Source: Patescibacteria group bacterium (lineage in GTDB: Bacteria; Patescibacteriota; Microgenomatia; UBA10105; UBA927). From it: DNA of 64,000 nt. Positions 10,629-22,800 of the stretch are shown here, piece by piece; the first letter of the stretch is position 1; every line of letters starts with the position of its first letter. Under the pieces are notes generated by a model, which ran no database searches, was not told the origin of the DNA, and saw only the letters and a list, made by a program, of their open reading frames with translations. The translations under genes were made by a program, and so were the position numbers. The DNA lies in contig DATKGN010000002.1 in the NCBI GenBank assembly GCA_035510735.1, positions 125,118-189,117 of the forward strand. The letters are read 5' to 3'.

Positions 10629-11459
10629 TTAAGGATATACTTCTCCAACAGTAGCTAACTGGAATTGCTGCGGTGCCGTCGTCACAGAAATAGCGTCAAG
10701 CGCTTGTGCGAAAAGCTGCGTGCCCTCATCGAGTTTATTGTGCAAACCCGATCGTACGTTATCATGCATCTGTAATGCGTCGATTTTATTACTGCAACTA
10801 CGAAACTCCGGTAAGAGTTCGAGATTTACAAAGTTGCGCCAAAAATCTTGTTCGTTCCGAATACCATTTAAGGGATGAACCGGCGAATAACGCCCGCTTT
10901 TAATGAGTTGACGAAGTACTTCTAAATATTCATAAATATGATACTCACTTCCTCCGAGGCCGTGACGGGATAACCTGATGTTAATAACCGGAATCGATAG
11001 CTGCTCCTGATAGGGTGAAAAATGGTAGCCATTTTTGTTTTTTTTAGACATCTGAAGTGTAACATCAAATAACAAAAACGGTTTGTAGCCGGAGTCCGTC
11101 TCATGTGCGATTAATATATCCGCGCCTCTGGATTTCTTGTTTTTATCAAGAGACTCCGGAGTCAACACAGCCCGCAGCGGAACACCATGATCCGATGGTA
11201 TAGATTGGACAAGACACTGCAATACATCACGCGTCCAAACTTCTGCAAGTTGTGAACGGGCATATCGTTCAGAATCCGGATGAAGTCCATCGCGGCCAAG
11301 GACCCACGCCTTTAAAATCATTGATGTTGATAAAACTTTTCTAAGATCATAAAAATCCGGAGAATACAAATACCCTCCAAGCACTAATGGCGACATCCGT
11401 TCTCGGTAGTAATTTGCGCTTAAATCTGAGGCCGTTATTAGGCCTGGTAATTCATTCAT
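10629..11459 (-). CDS. hypothetical protein, possible PD-(D/E)XK-like fold
   Basis: 276-aa ORF with GADILI...LLFDVT pattern; TAGAAT 6 nt upstream of the ATG. Confidence 0.55.
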   Translation of the reverse strand: MNELPGLITASDLSANYYRERMSPLVLGGYLYSPDFYDLRKVLSTSMILKAWVLGRDGLHPDSERYARSQLAEVWTRDVLQCLVQSIPSDHGVPLRAVLTPESLDKNKKSRGADILIAHETDSGYKPFLLFDVTLQMSKKNKNGYHFSPYQEQLSIPVINIRLSRHGLGGSEYHIYEYLEVLRQLIKSGRYSPVHPLNGIRNEQDFWRNFVNLELLPEFRSCSNKIDALQMHDNVRSGLHNKLDEGTQLFAQALDAISVTTAPQQFQLATVGEVYP

Positions 11460-11535
11460 GCGGGCATTCTACTATACGTTAATTCGAAATAAAATATCCG
11501 TTCCGGCACTGGTCAGTTACGAGCAAGTTTCCCAG

Positions 11536-12027
11536 TTACAACTCAAGAGTCTTATAGGTAAACCGAATCCCCACTTCTTCGTGGAACTCATCAAAAAGAA
11601 CTTTTTTAAACCGTGAAAAATCGGGGAAAAACGTGTCAGCTCCCGGAGCCTCGGCGTCAACGATGGTGAGGTATAAACGATCTGCTTTACCTATCACCTG
11701 CGCGTAGATCTGCCCTCCGCCGATGACAAAGATTTCTTCGCTTCCCGGGGATTTATTTGCTACGTCAATAGCTTCATCAAAAGAATGAACGATAACGAAT
11801 CCTTCCTTCTGATAGGTCACATCATGGGTGATGACAATATTTGTCCGACCGGGAAGCGGGGCGCCACCTTTGTATTGGAACGTGGCATGGGTTTTCCTGC
11901 CCATGATAACGGGGTGGCCCCAGGTCAGTTTCTTAAATCTCGGAAGATCGCCGGGGATGTGCCACAGGAGCTCGTTCTTTTCCCCTAATTCTCTATTCTT
12001 TCCTATGACCGCAATAATGGATAACAT
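11536..12027 (-). CDS. folA: dihydrofolate reductase
   Basis: LLWHIPGDLPRFK, IMGRKT, LPGRTNIV, IGGGQIY and DTFFP motifs. Confidence 0.95.
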   Translation of the reverse strand: MLSIIAVIGKNRELGEKNELLWHIPGDLPRFKKLTWGHPVIMGRKTHATFQYKGGAPLPGRTNIVITHDVTYQKEGFVIVHSFDEAIDVANKSPGSEEIFVIGGGQIYAQVIGKADRLYLTIVDAEAPGADTFFPDFSRFKKVLFDEFHEEVGIRFTYKTLEL

Positions 12028-12034
12028 ACCAAAG

Positions 12035-12120
12035 TTGTCATTGCGAGACCGTTCTTACGGCAAAGCAATCTCTCAAAAAATGAGATCGCCACGTCTCGAA
12101 GACTCGACTCGCGATGACAA
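12035..12120. repeat. GTCATTGCGAG-family palindromic repeat, copy 1
   Basis: ttgtcattgcgag...aagcaatctc...gagatcgcc...ctcgcgatgacaa; homologous to 38531, 48554 and 49532. Confidence 0.85.
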
Positions 12121-12124
12121 AAAA

Positions 12125-13132
12125 CTAAAACCCACCAACAACAGTTATGTCACCTTTAATCGGCGGGTGCGGATCGTAGCCGACAAGCTCAAAATCCTCG
12201 AATTTGAAATCATCAATATTCTTCACCTTCGGATTGATTTTCATCGTCGGGAATGGCCGCGGAGTCCGTGACAGCTGCTCTTTACACTGATCAAAATGAT
12301 TTTCGTAGATGTGGACATCGCCGAACACATGGACGAAATCACCGGGTTTATAGCCCGTGACCTGCGCAAGCATCATGGTTAAGAGTGCGTATGACGCAAT
12401 ATTAAACGGCACTCCCAGGAAAAGATCCGCACTCCGTTGGTAAAGGAGTAAGGACAACCGGTCGCCGGTGATGTTGATGTGGTACATCGTGTGACACGGT
12501 GCAATGACCATAGAGGCGCTATGGCTCCCGCTCATCTCATAGATACATCCCGCATTCCACGCGGAGATCACATAGTGCTTTTTCATCGGGTACTTTTTTA
12601 TCTTTTCGATCGCCCAACCGAGCTGATCGACCGTACGCGTCCGAAAACCGGGCTTGCCCGCCGAAGCTTCAGCGTAGGTGGGCCACTTGCGCCACTGGAC
12701 GCCGTACACAGGCCCCAACTCTCCCCATTTCTTCAGGAACTTCGGATCGCTTTGGGCATTTTGCATAAATGTCTCAAACGGCATGGGCTTTGCTTTTTTT
12801 CCTGCCTGCGCAGGCAGGTCTTTCACCGCCCATTCGTACTTTTTGTACGCCCACTCGTCCCAAATGTGCACATTGTTGTCGACGAGATATTTGATATTGC
12901 TTGAACCCGAGAGAAACCAGATGAGCTCGTGGATAATACCGCGGGTAAAAACCTTTTTGGTCGTAAGAACCGGGAGGCCTTTTGAAAGGTCATAGCGGCA
13001 CATGCGGCCGAAGACGCTTTTGAGCTTTACGCCGGTCGAGTGGCTTATTTTCCATTTTCCGTTGTCCATGATGTCTTGCATGAGATCAAGATATTGGTAT
13101 TCGGGATGGGTGTGATTGGTTTTTGTAGACAT
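12125..13132 (-). CDS. thyA: thymidylate synthase
   Basis: PVLTTKKV, IWDEWA, LGPVYGVQWR, APCH, YQRSADLFLGVPFNIASY and DVHIYENH motifs. Confidence 0.96.
   Translation of the reverse strand: MSTKTNHTHPEYQYLDLMQDIMDNGKWKISHSTGVKLKSVFGRMCRYDLSKGLPVLTTKKVFTRGIIHELIWFLSGSSNIKYLVDNNVHIWDEWAYKKYEWAVKDLPAQAGKKAKPMPFETFMQNAQSDPKFLKKWGELGPVYGVQWRKWPTYAEASAGKPGFRTRTVDQLGWAIEKIKKYPMKKHYVISAWNAGCIYEMSGSHSASMVIAPCHTMYHINITGDRLSLLLYQRSADLFLGVPFNIASYALLTMMLAQVTGYKPGDFVHVFGDVHIYENHFDQCKEQLSRTPRPFPTMKINPKVKNIDDFKFEDFELVGYDPHPPIKGDITVVGGF
12656..12683. repeat. short palindromic element in frame within thyA (PTYAEASAGK)
   Basis: gcccgccgaagcttcagcgtaggtgggc; the 26-nt core matches the reverse complement of 27701-27726 at 24/26 positions. 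Confidence 0.85.
12801..12818. repeat. perfect 18-bp palindrome in frame within thyA (LPAQAG)
   Basis: cctgcctgcgcaggcagg equals its own reverse complement. Confidence 0.75.
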
Positions 13133-13150
13133 ATTTCCCCCTCGTGTTAA

Positions 13151-13268
13151 AAGCGCTTTCGTTCGTGGTGAAATTTTCTCGAATCGCAGCTCGCGAGATT
13201 GCCTATTTTAGTTGCTTCTCCTTGCTTAGCTCGGTTGCGCTCATCGAAAATTTTATCACTCACCGCGC
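13151..13268. repeat. rod-like inverted repeat between ygfA and thyA
   Basis: gtggtgaaattttc / gaaaattttatcac arms; termini aagcgcttt...tcaccgcgc resemble those of 36865-37057; contains the ygfA stop codon. Confidence 0.7.
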
Positions 13269-13837
13269 GAAATCTTTATTGTTTTCAATTCAGTTACGAT
13301 GGCCGTTACCCGAACATCATACGATGAGTGAGGGACTTCTGCAATAACCTGAAAATCATACGCAAGTCCAATTTTAGGAACGGCTATATCTCTCAGTAAT
13401 CGATCGTAATATCCCCTACCCCTTCCGAGGCGGTTTCCTTGTCTGTCAAATGCTATGCCGGGAACAATGAATAGGTCTATTGTTGATATGGGCACTATTG
13501 TGCCTGTATTCCTCGGCTCAAGAATATGGAAAACGCCGGGTGCAAGATCATCAAGCGTTGTGATTTTATAAAGACTCATGACGCTCTTCGAAATAACTTT
13601 CGGCACCACAACGGTCTTTTTTTGCAAAAGTAATGCAGTAATTATCTTCTTTGTATCAACCTCATCGGGAAGTGAAACGTAGGAACAAACAACATTGGCA
13701 TTAATTATTAAAGGAATGTGTATTAATCGCTTCGTTATTAAGTCATCTGCGCGTTTCCGCTCATGTGGTGTAAAACGACGATTCGCGAGCGTAATCCCTT
13801 TTCGTATCGAATCTTTCGCAGTGTGACTATCAAGCAT
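13256..13837 (-). CDS. ygfA: 5-formyltetrahydrofolate cyclo-ligase
   Basis: EVDT, IVPGIAFDRQGNRLGRGRGYYDRLL motifs; start moved to ATG 13837. Confidence 0.93.
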   Translation of the reverse strand: MLDSHTAKDSIRKGITLANRRFTPHERKRADDLITKRLIHIPLIINANVVCSYVSLPDEVDTKKIITALLLQKKTVVVPKVISKSVMSLYKITTLDDLAPGVFHILEPRNTGTIVPISTIDLFIVPGIAFDRQGNRLGRGRGYYDRLLRDIAVPKIGLAYDFQVIAEVPHSSYDVRVTAIVTELKTIKISRGE

Positions 13838-13847
13838 AAGAATGTTT

Positions 13848-14480
13848 TCACGAAATTGCCGTCCTCCGCTTTTTTGCTGATATAAATGAAGCAAGCTCAG
13901 CGATGCTAGCGGCGCCGATAAGAGCGCTCCACGCCAGGCGTCCCTGAAACATTACGTGAAGTGTAATTATCCACATGGTGACGTACGTGAGCGCATGGAT
14001 TTTATTCCACCAATCGCCCAGCCACTTCACGCTAAAATCATTGGATGTAATAAAAAGGAAAAAAAGCAATACTGCGGCAATAAGACCGAAGACCTCAAAG
14101 CCCCGTGTCGGCAGAAAGAATCCGCCCATCCCGATTGATGAAAATAACCAAACCGCAGACAGATGATTGATAACAAACATGAAAGAAGCAATACCGATGT
14201 ACCGCCGGAACATCATAAGGATTGAAATAAATTTATGTGATATTCCGTACCTCCGGGCCATGCCGGGGATCGTGGTTAAGATAAAGCAGATAATCGCCGC
14301 CTCAGCGCATTTTTTTCCGAGGGAATAAAACAGATCATAATTCCCCTGTAGAAGCACGAAGACGCGGTACTCGAAGTATAAGAATACGAGCTGAAGGACG
14401 TAAAATATCTGAAATAGTCGGACAATGGTATTTCGCCACGCAACGACGAAGCGGAAAAGAGCATTGATGAATGCATCCAT
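13848..14480 (-). CDS. MsrQ/ferric reductase-like transmembrane protein
   Basis: RRYIGI...H, ITSNDFSVKWLG-WWNKIHALTY...LH heme-ligand pattern; start at ATG 14480. Confidence 0.8.
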   Translation of the reverse strand: MDAFINALFRFVVAWRNTIVRLFQIFYVLQLVFLYFEYRVFVLLQGNYDLFYSLGKKCAEAAIICFILTTIPGMARRYGISHKFISILMMFRRYIGIASFMFVINHLSAVWLFSSIGMGGFFLPTRGFEVFGLIAAVLLFFLFITSNDFSVKWLGDWWNKIHALTYVTMWIITLHVMFQGRLAWSALIGAASIAELASFISAKKRRTAIS

Positions 14481-14485
14481 ATACC

Positions 14486-15022
14486 TTATTCTTCGGGCGG
14501 AGCCGGCTGTTCGAGCTGTTCGCCGGGTTTGAGCCAGTGGACGAACGTGCATCCGGTGGCAATTCGTTTCTCCCGGTCCCAACCAGATGTCGAACATTTT
14601 TTCATCCGTTTTCCTGCCGCAGTCGTGTAGAGAACGAGTTTGCTCCCGCACTCCGGACACTCTTCATCCAAAGCAACAGTCGTCCCGTTAATCCACTCGA
14701 TGTAATCGCAACCTGTTGCTTTTTTGGCGACTTTATCCCATCCGCCGGTAGAGCATTTCTTCATCTTTTTGCCGAAGCGTGTAACGACAAGGACGAGCGG
14801 ATTTCCGCATTTCGGACATTTCTCATCTAAGGGCTGTGGTGGCACCTCAAGCCATTTAACGTAGTCGCATCCTTCATTCTTTTTTGTCTCGGAATTCCAG
14901 CGGCCCGTGCTGCATCGCTGCAACCGTTTGCCGCTTGGAGTGGTCGTCACTTCACCGAGCGGGTTACCGCATTTCGGACACACCTCTGTACTGGGTTTAG
15001 AAGAACTGTCTGTTGTATTCAT
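14486..15022 (-). CDS. stand-alone topoisomerase-type C4 zinc-ribbon repeat protein
   Basis: Three repeats of CPxCG..L....T..GK....CST..W.......GC....W. Confidence 0.85.
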   Translation of the reverse strand: MNTTDSSSKPSTEVCPKCGNPLGEVTTTPSGKRLQRCSTGRWNSETKKNEGCDYVKWLEVPPQPLDEKCPKCGNPLVLVVTRFGKKMKKCSTGGWDKVAKKATGCDYIEWINGTTVALDEECPECGSKLVLYTTAAGKRMKKCSTSGWDREKRIATGCTFVHWLKPGEQLEQPAPPEE

Positions 15023-15064
15023 AATTTAGAAATCGTATCACAAATGAGAGGATGAAAAAATAGG

Positions 15065-16033
15065 TCATCTCACAAATTTCAGCATTTCTTCTATGATGGG
15101 ATAGACTTCTTCAGGTTTTTTTGTCTCCATGACGCGCATCCGCCACTGTGACGCTCCGTCAAATCCTCTGAGGTAGATTTTGAAAAACTTTTTGAGAATC
15201 GCATACGGCTTCTTTTTACCCCAAACTTCGGTAAAGAGTTCTATGTGGCGCCGCATGAGATTCATATGTTCACCGATTGAATGGGAAACGCCGGGATGTA
15301 TCCGGTCAAATGCCCACGGATTTTCAAAAATGCCCCGGCCGATCATAATGCCGTCCACATGATATTTTTTGACTTTGGTAAGTCCGTCCGTCGCATCGAC
15401 CACATCACCGTTCCCGATGATGAGCGTATTAACCTTCATCTGATTACGTATGGCCACTGCTTTCCCGATCTCATCCCAGTGCGCAGGAACCTTCGACATC
15501 TCGGCCGCTGTCCTCCCGTGAACCGTTAATGCCGCAATATCAAGAGATAAGAGAAACGAAATCCATTCTTCCGTTGCAATTGATTGAAACCCGATTCTCG
15601 TCTTCACGCTCACCGGAATCTTCCGACCTGCGCCTTCTTTTGTTGCAAGAATGATCTCGCGGCCAAGCGAAGGGTTTTTGATGAGCGCAGCGCACCCGCC
15701 GTGAGCGACCACTTTCTTCTCAGGGCACCCCATATTGATATCAATGCCGTCAAATCCGGCGCTAACCAATTCTTGCGCAGTTCGGTAATAATTTTCTGGG
15801 CGCTTTCCCCAAACCTGAGCGACAATCGGATGTTCACTATCTGCATATTTCAGGCGGTTGGCAACGACATCATGTCCCGCCGATTGGATGCCGTCGACGT
15901 TGGTAAATTCCGTAAAAAATATATCCGGACGGGCACATGAGGCGACGATCTGCCGGAACACGGTATCCGAGACATCCTCCATAGGAGCAAGGATAAATAT
16001 GGGCGTAGCAATAGTTTTCCAAATGGATTTCAT
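15065..16033 (-). CDS. dus: tRNA-dihydrouridine synthase
   Basis: LAPMEDV, DINMGCP, VSVKTRIG, VHGRT, GNGDV and MIGRG motifs. Confidence 0.93.
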   Translation of the reverse strand: MKSIWKTIATPIFILAPMEDVSDTVFRQIVASCARPDIFFTEFTNVDGIQSAGHDVVANRLKYADSEHPIVAQVWGKRPENYYRTAQELVSAGFDGIDINMGCPEKKVVAHGGCAALIKNPSLGREIILATKEGAGRKIPVSVKTRIGFQSIATEEWISFLLSLDIAALTVHGRTAAEMSKVPAHWDEIGKAVAIRNQMKVNTLIIGNGDVVDATDGLTKVKKYHVDGIMIGRGIFENPWAFDRIHPGVSHSIGEHMNLMRRHIELFTEVWGKKKPYAILKKFFKIYLRGFDGASQWRMRVMETKKPEEVYPIIEEMLKFVR

Positions 16034-16115
16034 ATCCGTATTGAAGCTCCGATGGCTGAGAGCCATCGGACTCTTTTATTGTATATCAATCTGCTTCAGG
16101 GATCTTAAAGCTTCA

Positions 16116-16188
16116 AATCCCACGAAGCGGTATCAACAACGCTTCTACCGAGCGTGTATTGCCCTTCGGGATACCGCGTAGTGGGATT
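16116..16188. repeat. intergenic hairpin downstream of the atp operon
   Basis: aatcccac-gaa-gcggtatc ... gataccgc-gta-gtgggatt. Confidence 0.7.
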
Positions 16189-16204
16189 ATCGCACAAATA
16201 GGCG

Positions 16205-18680
<2,476 letters not shown>

Positions 18681-18684
18681 AGTA

Positions 18685-20160
18685 TTATTGTTGACTGGAT
18701 TCTCCGGTCACAAACTCTTCCTTCACATCCCCGGCGATGGCAATAATCTTATTCTTAAGTTCATCATCAAACGCACGCTCGTGAATGGCAGAGAGGACAT
18801 CGCCATAGCGCGTCTGGACAAGCTCGCGCACATGGCGTTCAAAATCCCGCCACTGTGTATGATCCAGGTCATCAAAATATCCATGTTCGACGAGATAAAA
18901 GAGAACGACCTGTTCCGCCCAGGGTATCGTCTCATGTTTATCCTGTTTGAGAAGTTCCAAAATGAGCTCTCCTCGATAAATCTTTTTCTTCGATGCTGCA
19001 CTAACTGTCGTTTCAAGCTGGGTCAGTTTCTGGAGCTCCTTTTGCTGAGCTAGTGCCAACCGCAAACCACCGGTGACCTCTTTCAGTGCCGCGTGCTGAG
19101 CTTTGGATCCGACTCGGGAAACCGAGAGTCCGACATTAACGGCGGGGATAAACCCTTTTTGATACAATCCGCGCTCAAGATAAATCTGCCCGTCAGTTAT
19201 GGAGATAATGTTGGTTGCGATATAAGAAGTGATATCACCCTCCTGCGTTTCAATAATCGGGATAGCCGTAATTGATCCGCCACCTAACTCTTTTTTTCGC
19301 TTGCCCGCACGCTCCAATAGTTGTGCATGAAGGGAAAAAACATCTCCGGGGTACGCCTCACGACCCGGCGCGCGCCCGAATAAAAGCGCGGTGTCGCGGT
19401 AACTGTTGGCATGCTTGGTTAAATCGTCGTAAATAATAAGGACATCACTCCCTTTATTTCTCAGGTATTCCGCAATGGTTATGCCAGTGAAGGGGGCAAG
19501 ATAATGAGCGGCATACGAATCGCCGGAGGTCGCGGCCACCACGGTCGTGTAACGGAGTGCGCCTGACTCTTCAAACAGCCCGACGGCCTCCTGAAGTTTT
19601 TGGACCGGCTGGCCGATAAGAACATAGATGCAATACACCTTGGGGTCCGCACGCCGCTGGTGGATAACCATATCCTGTGCTATCGTCGACTTGCCGAGTT
19701 TCCGGTCCCCGATGAGGAGTTCCCGTTGTCCGCGGCCAATGGGCAGCGTGGTGTCTATTATCTTAATTCCAGTCGTAACAGGAGTTGCAACCGGCTCACG
19801 GTCGATGATCGGCATGGCAGGCCCAAATAGTGAAACACGATCGCCCTCAATTTTACCCGGCCGGTCAATGGGATGACCAAATCCGTCAACGACGCGTCCC
19901 ACATACGTATCCGACACCGGGATGCTGACCGGGAGGCCGCTTCTGTACAACGATGACTCAACGTCCAGTTGATCAGTCATGAGGAGCGCATCAACAGCGT
20001 GTTCGTTAAATCCAACGACAACGCCAACTGCCGCCCCGTCTCCGTCTACAAGCGCTTCGTTGAGAAACACATGCGGAAGTCCTGTAATTTTAGCGACCCC
20101 CGAGAATAGAGACTCTATGTGACCGACTTCTTTACGGTGTCTCGTTGTGGTGTATGGCAT
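18685..20160 (-). CDS. atpA: ATP synthase alpha subunit
   Basis: GRGQRELLIGDRKLGKS, PGREAYPGDVF and ISITDGQI motifs. Confidence 0.95.
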   Translation of the reverse strand: MPYTTTRHRKEVGHIESLFSGVAKITGLPHVFLNEALVDGDGAAVGVVVGFNEHAVDALLMTDQLDVESSLYRSGLPVSIPVSDTYVGRVVDGFGHPIDRPGKIEGDRVSLFGPAMPIIDREPVATPVTTGIKIIDTTLPIGRGQRELLIGDRKLGKSTIAQDMVIHQRRADPKVYCIYVLIGQPVQKLQEAVGLFEESGALRYTTVVAATSGDSYAAHYLAPFTGITIAEYLRNKGSDVLIIYDDLTKHANSYRDTALLFGRAPGREAYPGDVFSLHAQLLERAGKRKKELGGGSITAIPIIETQEGDITSYIATNIISITDGQIYLERGLYQKGFIPAVNVGLSVSRVGSKAQHAALKEVTGGLRLALAQQKELQKLTQLETTVSAASKKKIYRGELILELLKQDKHETIPWAEQVVLFYLVEHGYFDDLDHTQWRDFERHVRELVQTRYGDVLSAIHERAFDDELKNKIIAIAGDVKEEFVTGESSQQ

Positions 20161-20881
20161 AGGTGATGTCTTCCAACAAATGATGGTTTAATTGATAGCC
20201 CGCAAATTCCAGGCGGTACCCGCTGATGAGATCCGGCTTTTCTTTGGTTTCCAGAGAGATTTCCCGTCCGGTTTTATCATGGAGCGTTGACTTCACCCTA
20301 TCGATATCAGCGCCGTCAGGCGCGACACCGTATTCAAGAACGCCGTGCGATGCGTCACCAGAGATTGAGGGAAGCGACGCGATCTCATGAGTGAGTTGTT
20401 CAAGATATCCGCGCTCAAGATCCTTAAGACTATTGGTGTTTGCCATTTTGACAAATGATTCCTTGAGCCGCTGCCGCACCCGACTGGCAAGTTTCTGTTT
20501 TTCCTCATCACGGGCGCTCTCCGCTTCATTTTTGAGCTGCTCGCTCGTTTGATTAAGGAGGACCTGTTTGGCATCTTCTGTTTCCTTTTGAATCGTGAGG
20601 CGTACCATCTCCCCGACCCGTTCCGCTTCTTCAAGAATATGTTCTGAGCGCTTCTTGGCTTCAGTAAGCGTCTGGTCACGCTCTATGATGGTTTTCTTCT
20701 TTTCCTCTTCAAGATGTTTTACATCGTCAACGAGTTTCTGCTTTTCCTTTTCTTCCTTATCAACAAGCTTCATGAGGGGTTTATAGACAAATTTCGTGAG
20801 GATCCACAACAACAGCACAAAGTTGATGATTTGTGCAATGAGCGACCAAAAATCGATACCGAGTGTGCCTAATACTTCCAT
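20132..20881 (-). CDS. atpF: ATP synthase b subunit with C-terminal delta-like extension
   Basis: LIAQIINF TM, coiled coil, then KPDLISGYRLEFAG; 249 aa; no separate atpH in the operon. Confidence 0.85.
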   Translation of the reverse strand: MEVLGTLGIDFWSLIAQIINFVLLLWILTKFVYKPLMKLVDKEEKEKQKLVDDVKHLEEEKKKTIIERDQTLTEAKKRSEHILEEAERVGEMVRLTIQKETEDAKQVLLNQTSEQLKNEAESARDEEKQKLASRVRQRLKESFVKMANTNSLKDLERGYLEQLTHEIASLPSISGDASHGVLEYGVAPDGADIDRVKSTLHDKTGREISLETKEKPDLISGYRLEFAGYQLNHHLLEDITYAIHHNETP

Positions 20882-20885
20882 ACGT

Positions 20886-21098
20886 TCACGCGATAAACTT
20901 CAAAAGTAACGATACGACAAGCGCGTAAATGGCGATTGCCTCAGCGAAGGCAATTGCAATAATCATTGTCGTCTGAATCTTATCCGCATGCTGGGGGTTT
21001 CGCGCGATTCCTAAGAGCGCCGCAGCTCCTATGATTCCGATTGCCAGCGCCGGTCCTATCGTTCCGACTCCCATGACAAATGCTGTTGCATTATTCAT
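20886..21098 (-). CDS. atpE: ATP synthase c subunit
   Basis: GIARNP loop and AFAEAIAIY; start at ATG 21098 (70 aa). Confidence 0.93.
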   Translation of the reverse strand: MNNATAFVMGVGTIGPALAIGIIGAAALLGIARNPQHADKIQTTMIIAIAFAEAIAIYALVVSLLLKFIA

Positions 21099-21861
21099 TG
21101 TATGAGAGCACCTCCTTCCCGACTTCTTCCCCGCCACCCGTACTTATTGAGATAAATGACAGGGTAAGCGTTGCGAAAATAAATGCCTGGATAAATCCGA
21201 CAAACACCTCAAGTGCCATAAACGGCACGGGTAAAATAAACGGCACGAGGAATGCACAGATCAGAAGGAGTACTTCGCCTGCAAACATATTACCGAATAA
21301 CCGGAAAGAAAAAGACAGAAGCTTTGTAAGTTCACTTACTAGTTCAAAAAATCCGATAACCGCCTTCAAAGGGCTACCGAAATTAATAAACCGCCCAAGG
21401 TACGCCCTCAATTTCAACTGCCGCAGGGAAAAATACTGCGTGGCCGCCACCGAAATGACCGCAAGCGCGAGGGTCGTTGAGAGATCGGTATTGGGCGACC
21501 GTAAAAACGGATATTTCGCGCCGGAGGAGGCAATGACATACAAGGATCCCAGGAATCCCGGGAAAAGGGCGAGCAGATTTGCCGTCAGGATGAATAGGAA
21601 AAACGTCGCGATAAGGGGTAACACCCTGCGGGACATGGCGGGATTATGGGTCACGGCATCAATACGCCGTATCCACTCATGCATGGCGAGCATCAGAAGC
21701 TTCACGAACACACTTTTCGGTTTATTGACTTCTCTGGAAAACGAAATAGCAAGTATTGTAAGGACAATTGTCACGAGAATGCTCGTCACAAATGTATTGG
21801 TCATGGGGAGACCGAGTACCCGAAGGACGACCGCTGAACGTATATCGACAGGTATGTGCAT
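21091..21861 (-). CDS. atpB: ATP synthase a subunit
   Basis: RSPNTDL, SFSFRLFGNMFAGE and FIQAFIF motifs. Confidence 0.95.
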   Translation of the reverse strand: MHIPVDIRSAVVLRVLGLPMTNTFVTSILVTIVLTILAISFSREVNKPKSVFVKLLMLAMHEWIRRIDAVTHNPAMSRRVLPLIATFFLFILTANLLALFPGFLGSLYVIASSGAKYPFLRSPNTDLSTTLALAVISVAATQYFSLRQLKLRAYLGRFINFGSPLKAVIGFFELVSELTKLLSFSFRLFGNMFAGEVLLLICAFLVPFILPVPFMALEVFVGFIQAFIFATLTLSFISISTGGGEEVGKEVLSYNE

Positions 21862-22020
21862 GGGCAGGTAACCACTATCTTATGCTGGTTTGTCACGTAA
21901 GTGCGTGACCAAAGCAGCTTAGATATGGTTATACTTCTCTACGTTACCACAAAATAATCATTTTGAGAATGAATCGTGTTAGGTGTTTTACAGAGACCGC
22001 CGCGATGATATAGTAGATAT

Positions 22021-22359
22021 ATGAGTATCGGCATCCATCATTGGCACAAACGTCATGCGAAAAAAACAGTAAACTATAAAAAGGGACTTCAATCCGAACG
22101 AATGAAAGAGTTCCTGGATAAGTTAGTATACTTATCCTCAATAACAGCGGTTGCGGCCAACATCCCTCAGCTTTACACCATATGGTTTCTCCATAAAACC
22201 GACGGTGTCTCATCAATTTCGTGGATCACGTTTTTCCTTAGCTCCCTCTTCTGGCTTTTCTACGGCTACGTCCACAAGAGTAAACCGATCATACTCCTCA
22301 ATACCTCGCTCGCATGTGTCCAGCTTGCGATCGTCGTCGGCATCCTCGTAAAACCGTAA
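22021..22359 (+). CDS. SemiSWEET/PQ-loop family transporter
   Basis: IPQL...KTDGVS...WLFYG...PIILLN, three TMs. Confidence 0.85.
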   Translation: MSIGIHHWHKRHAKKTVNYKKGLQSERMKEFLDKLVYLSSITAVAANIPQLYTIWFLHKTDGVSSISWITFFLSSLFWLFYGYVHKSKPIILLNTSLACVQLAIVVGILVKP

Positions 22360-22800
22360 TTTACCGCCTTGCTCCGCGCACAAATTGCAGCACCGTCACG
22401 AGCATAAGACTATGACAGTCTTTTTAACGCGTTTGTCGCCAACGACATTGAGATCCGGGCTTCAGTTTCACTCGTGAAATATGGTTTTACCTTCCATCAA
22501 GATTCTTCTCACTCGCAAAGTGAATCCGGACTCAATGCTGTTGGCTCCCTCGCGGTTAGTCCAACTAGATTACGAAATAGTCTCAAGCGTTGGCGGATGT
22601 CCTCGATCCTGAGATCAAGGATCTAAGGGCGCAAAAATTGTGCGTGCTCGCCGCGTTTATTAATCTCTTAGCTGGTATTAAAAGAAACCGTCACCAGAAT
22701 CCTCACGACTGCCACCGCTCTTAAATATAAAAGGGTTCATTGGCATTTCTCGAGCATCGCAACCCCGAGCCAACTGACTCTCAGCAAACCCGATGAGCGT
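22360..22800 (-). ncRNA. candidate large structured RNA or element
   Basis: About 440 nt with no ORF in the track; long helix 22438-22458/22526-22545; several hairpins; G-U pairs mostly favour the minus strand; TAAAAT at 22803-22808 (-). Confidence 0.55.

Noticed and set aside
21080-21871. 263-aa plus-strand ORF
   Set aside because: Antisense shadow of atpB with no motifs; the same applies to the many other short antisense ORFs in the track
22660-22795. TPP riboswitch-like words (CUGAGA, AAUACCAGC) on the minus strand
   Set aside because: P3 is missing, spacing is wrong, CUGAGA is sequestered in a hairpin, and no thiamine gene lies downstream
22360-22800. RNase P RNA or tmRNA
   Set aside because: No GAGGAAAGUCC or terminal P4 motif, and no tRNA-like ends on either strand
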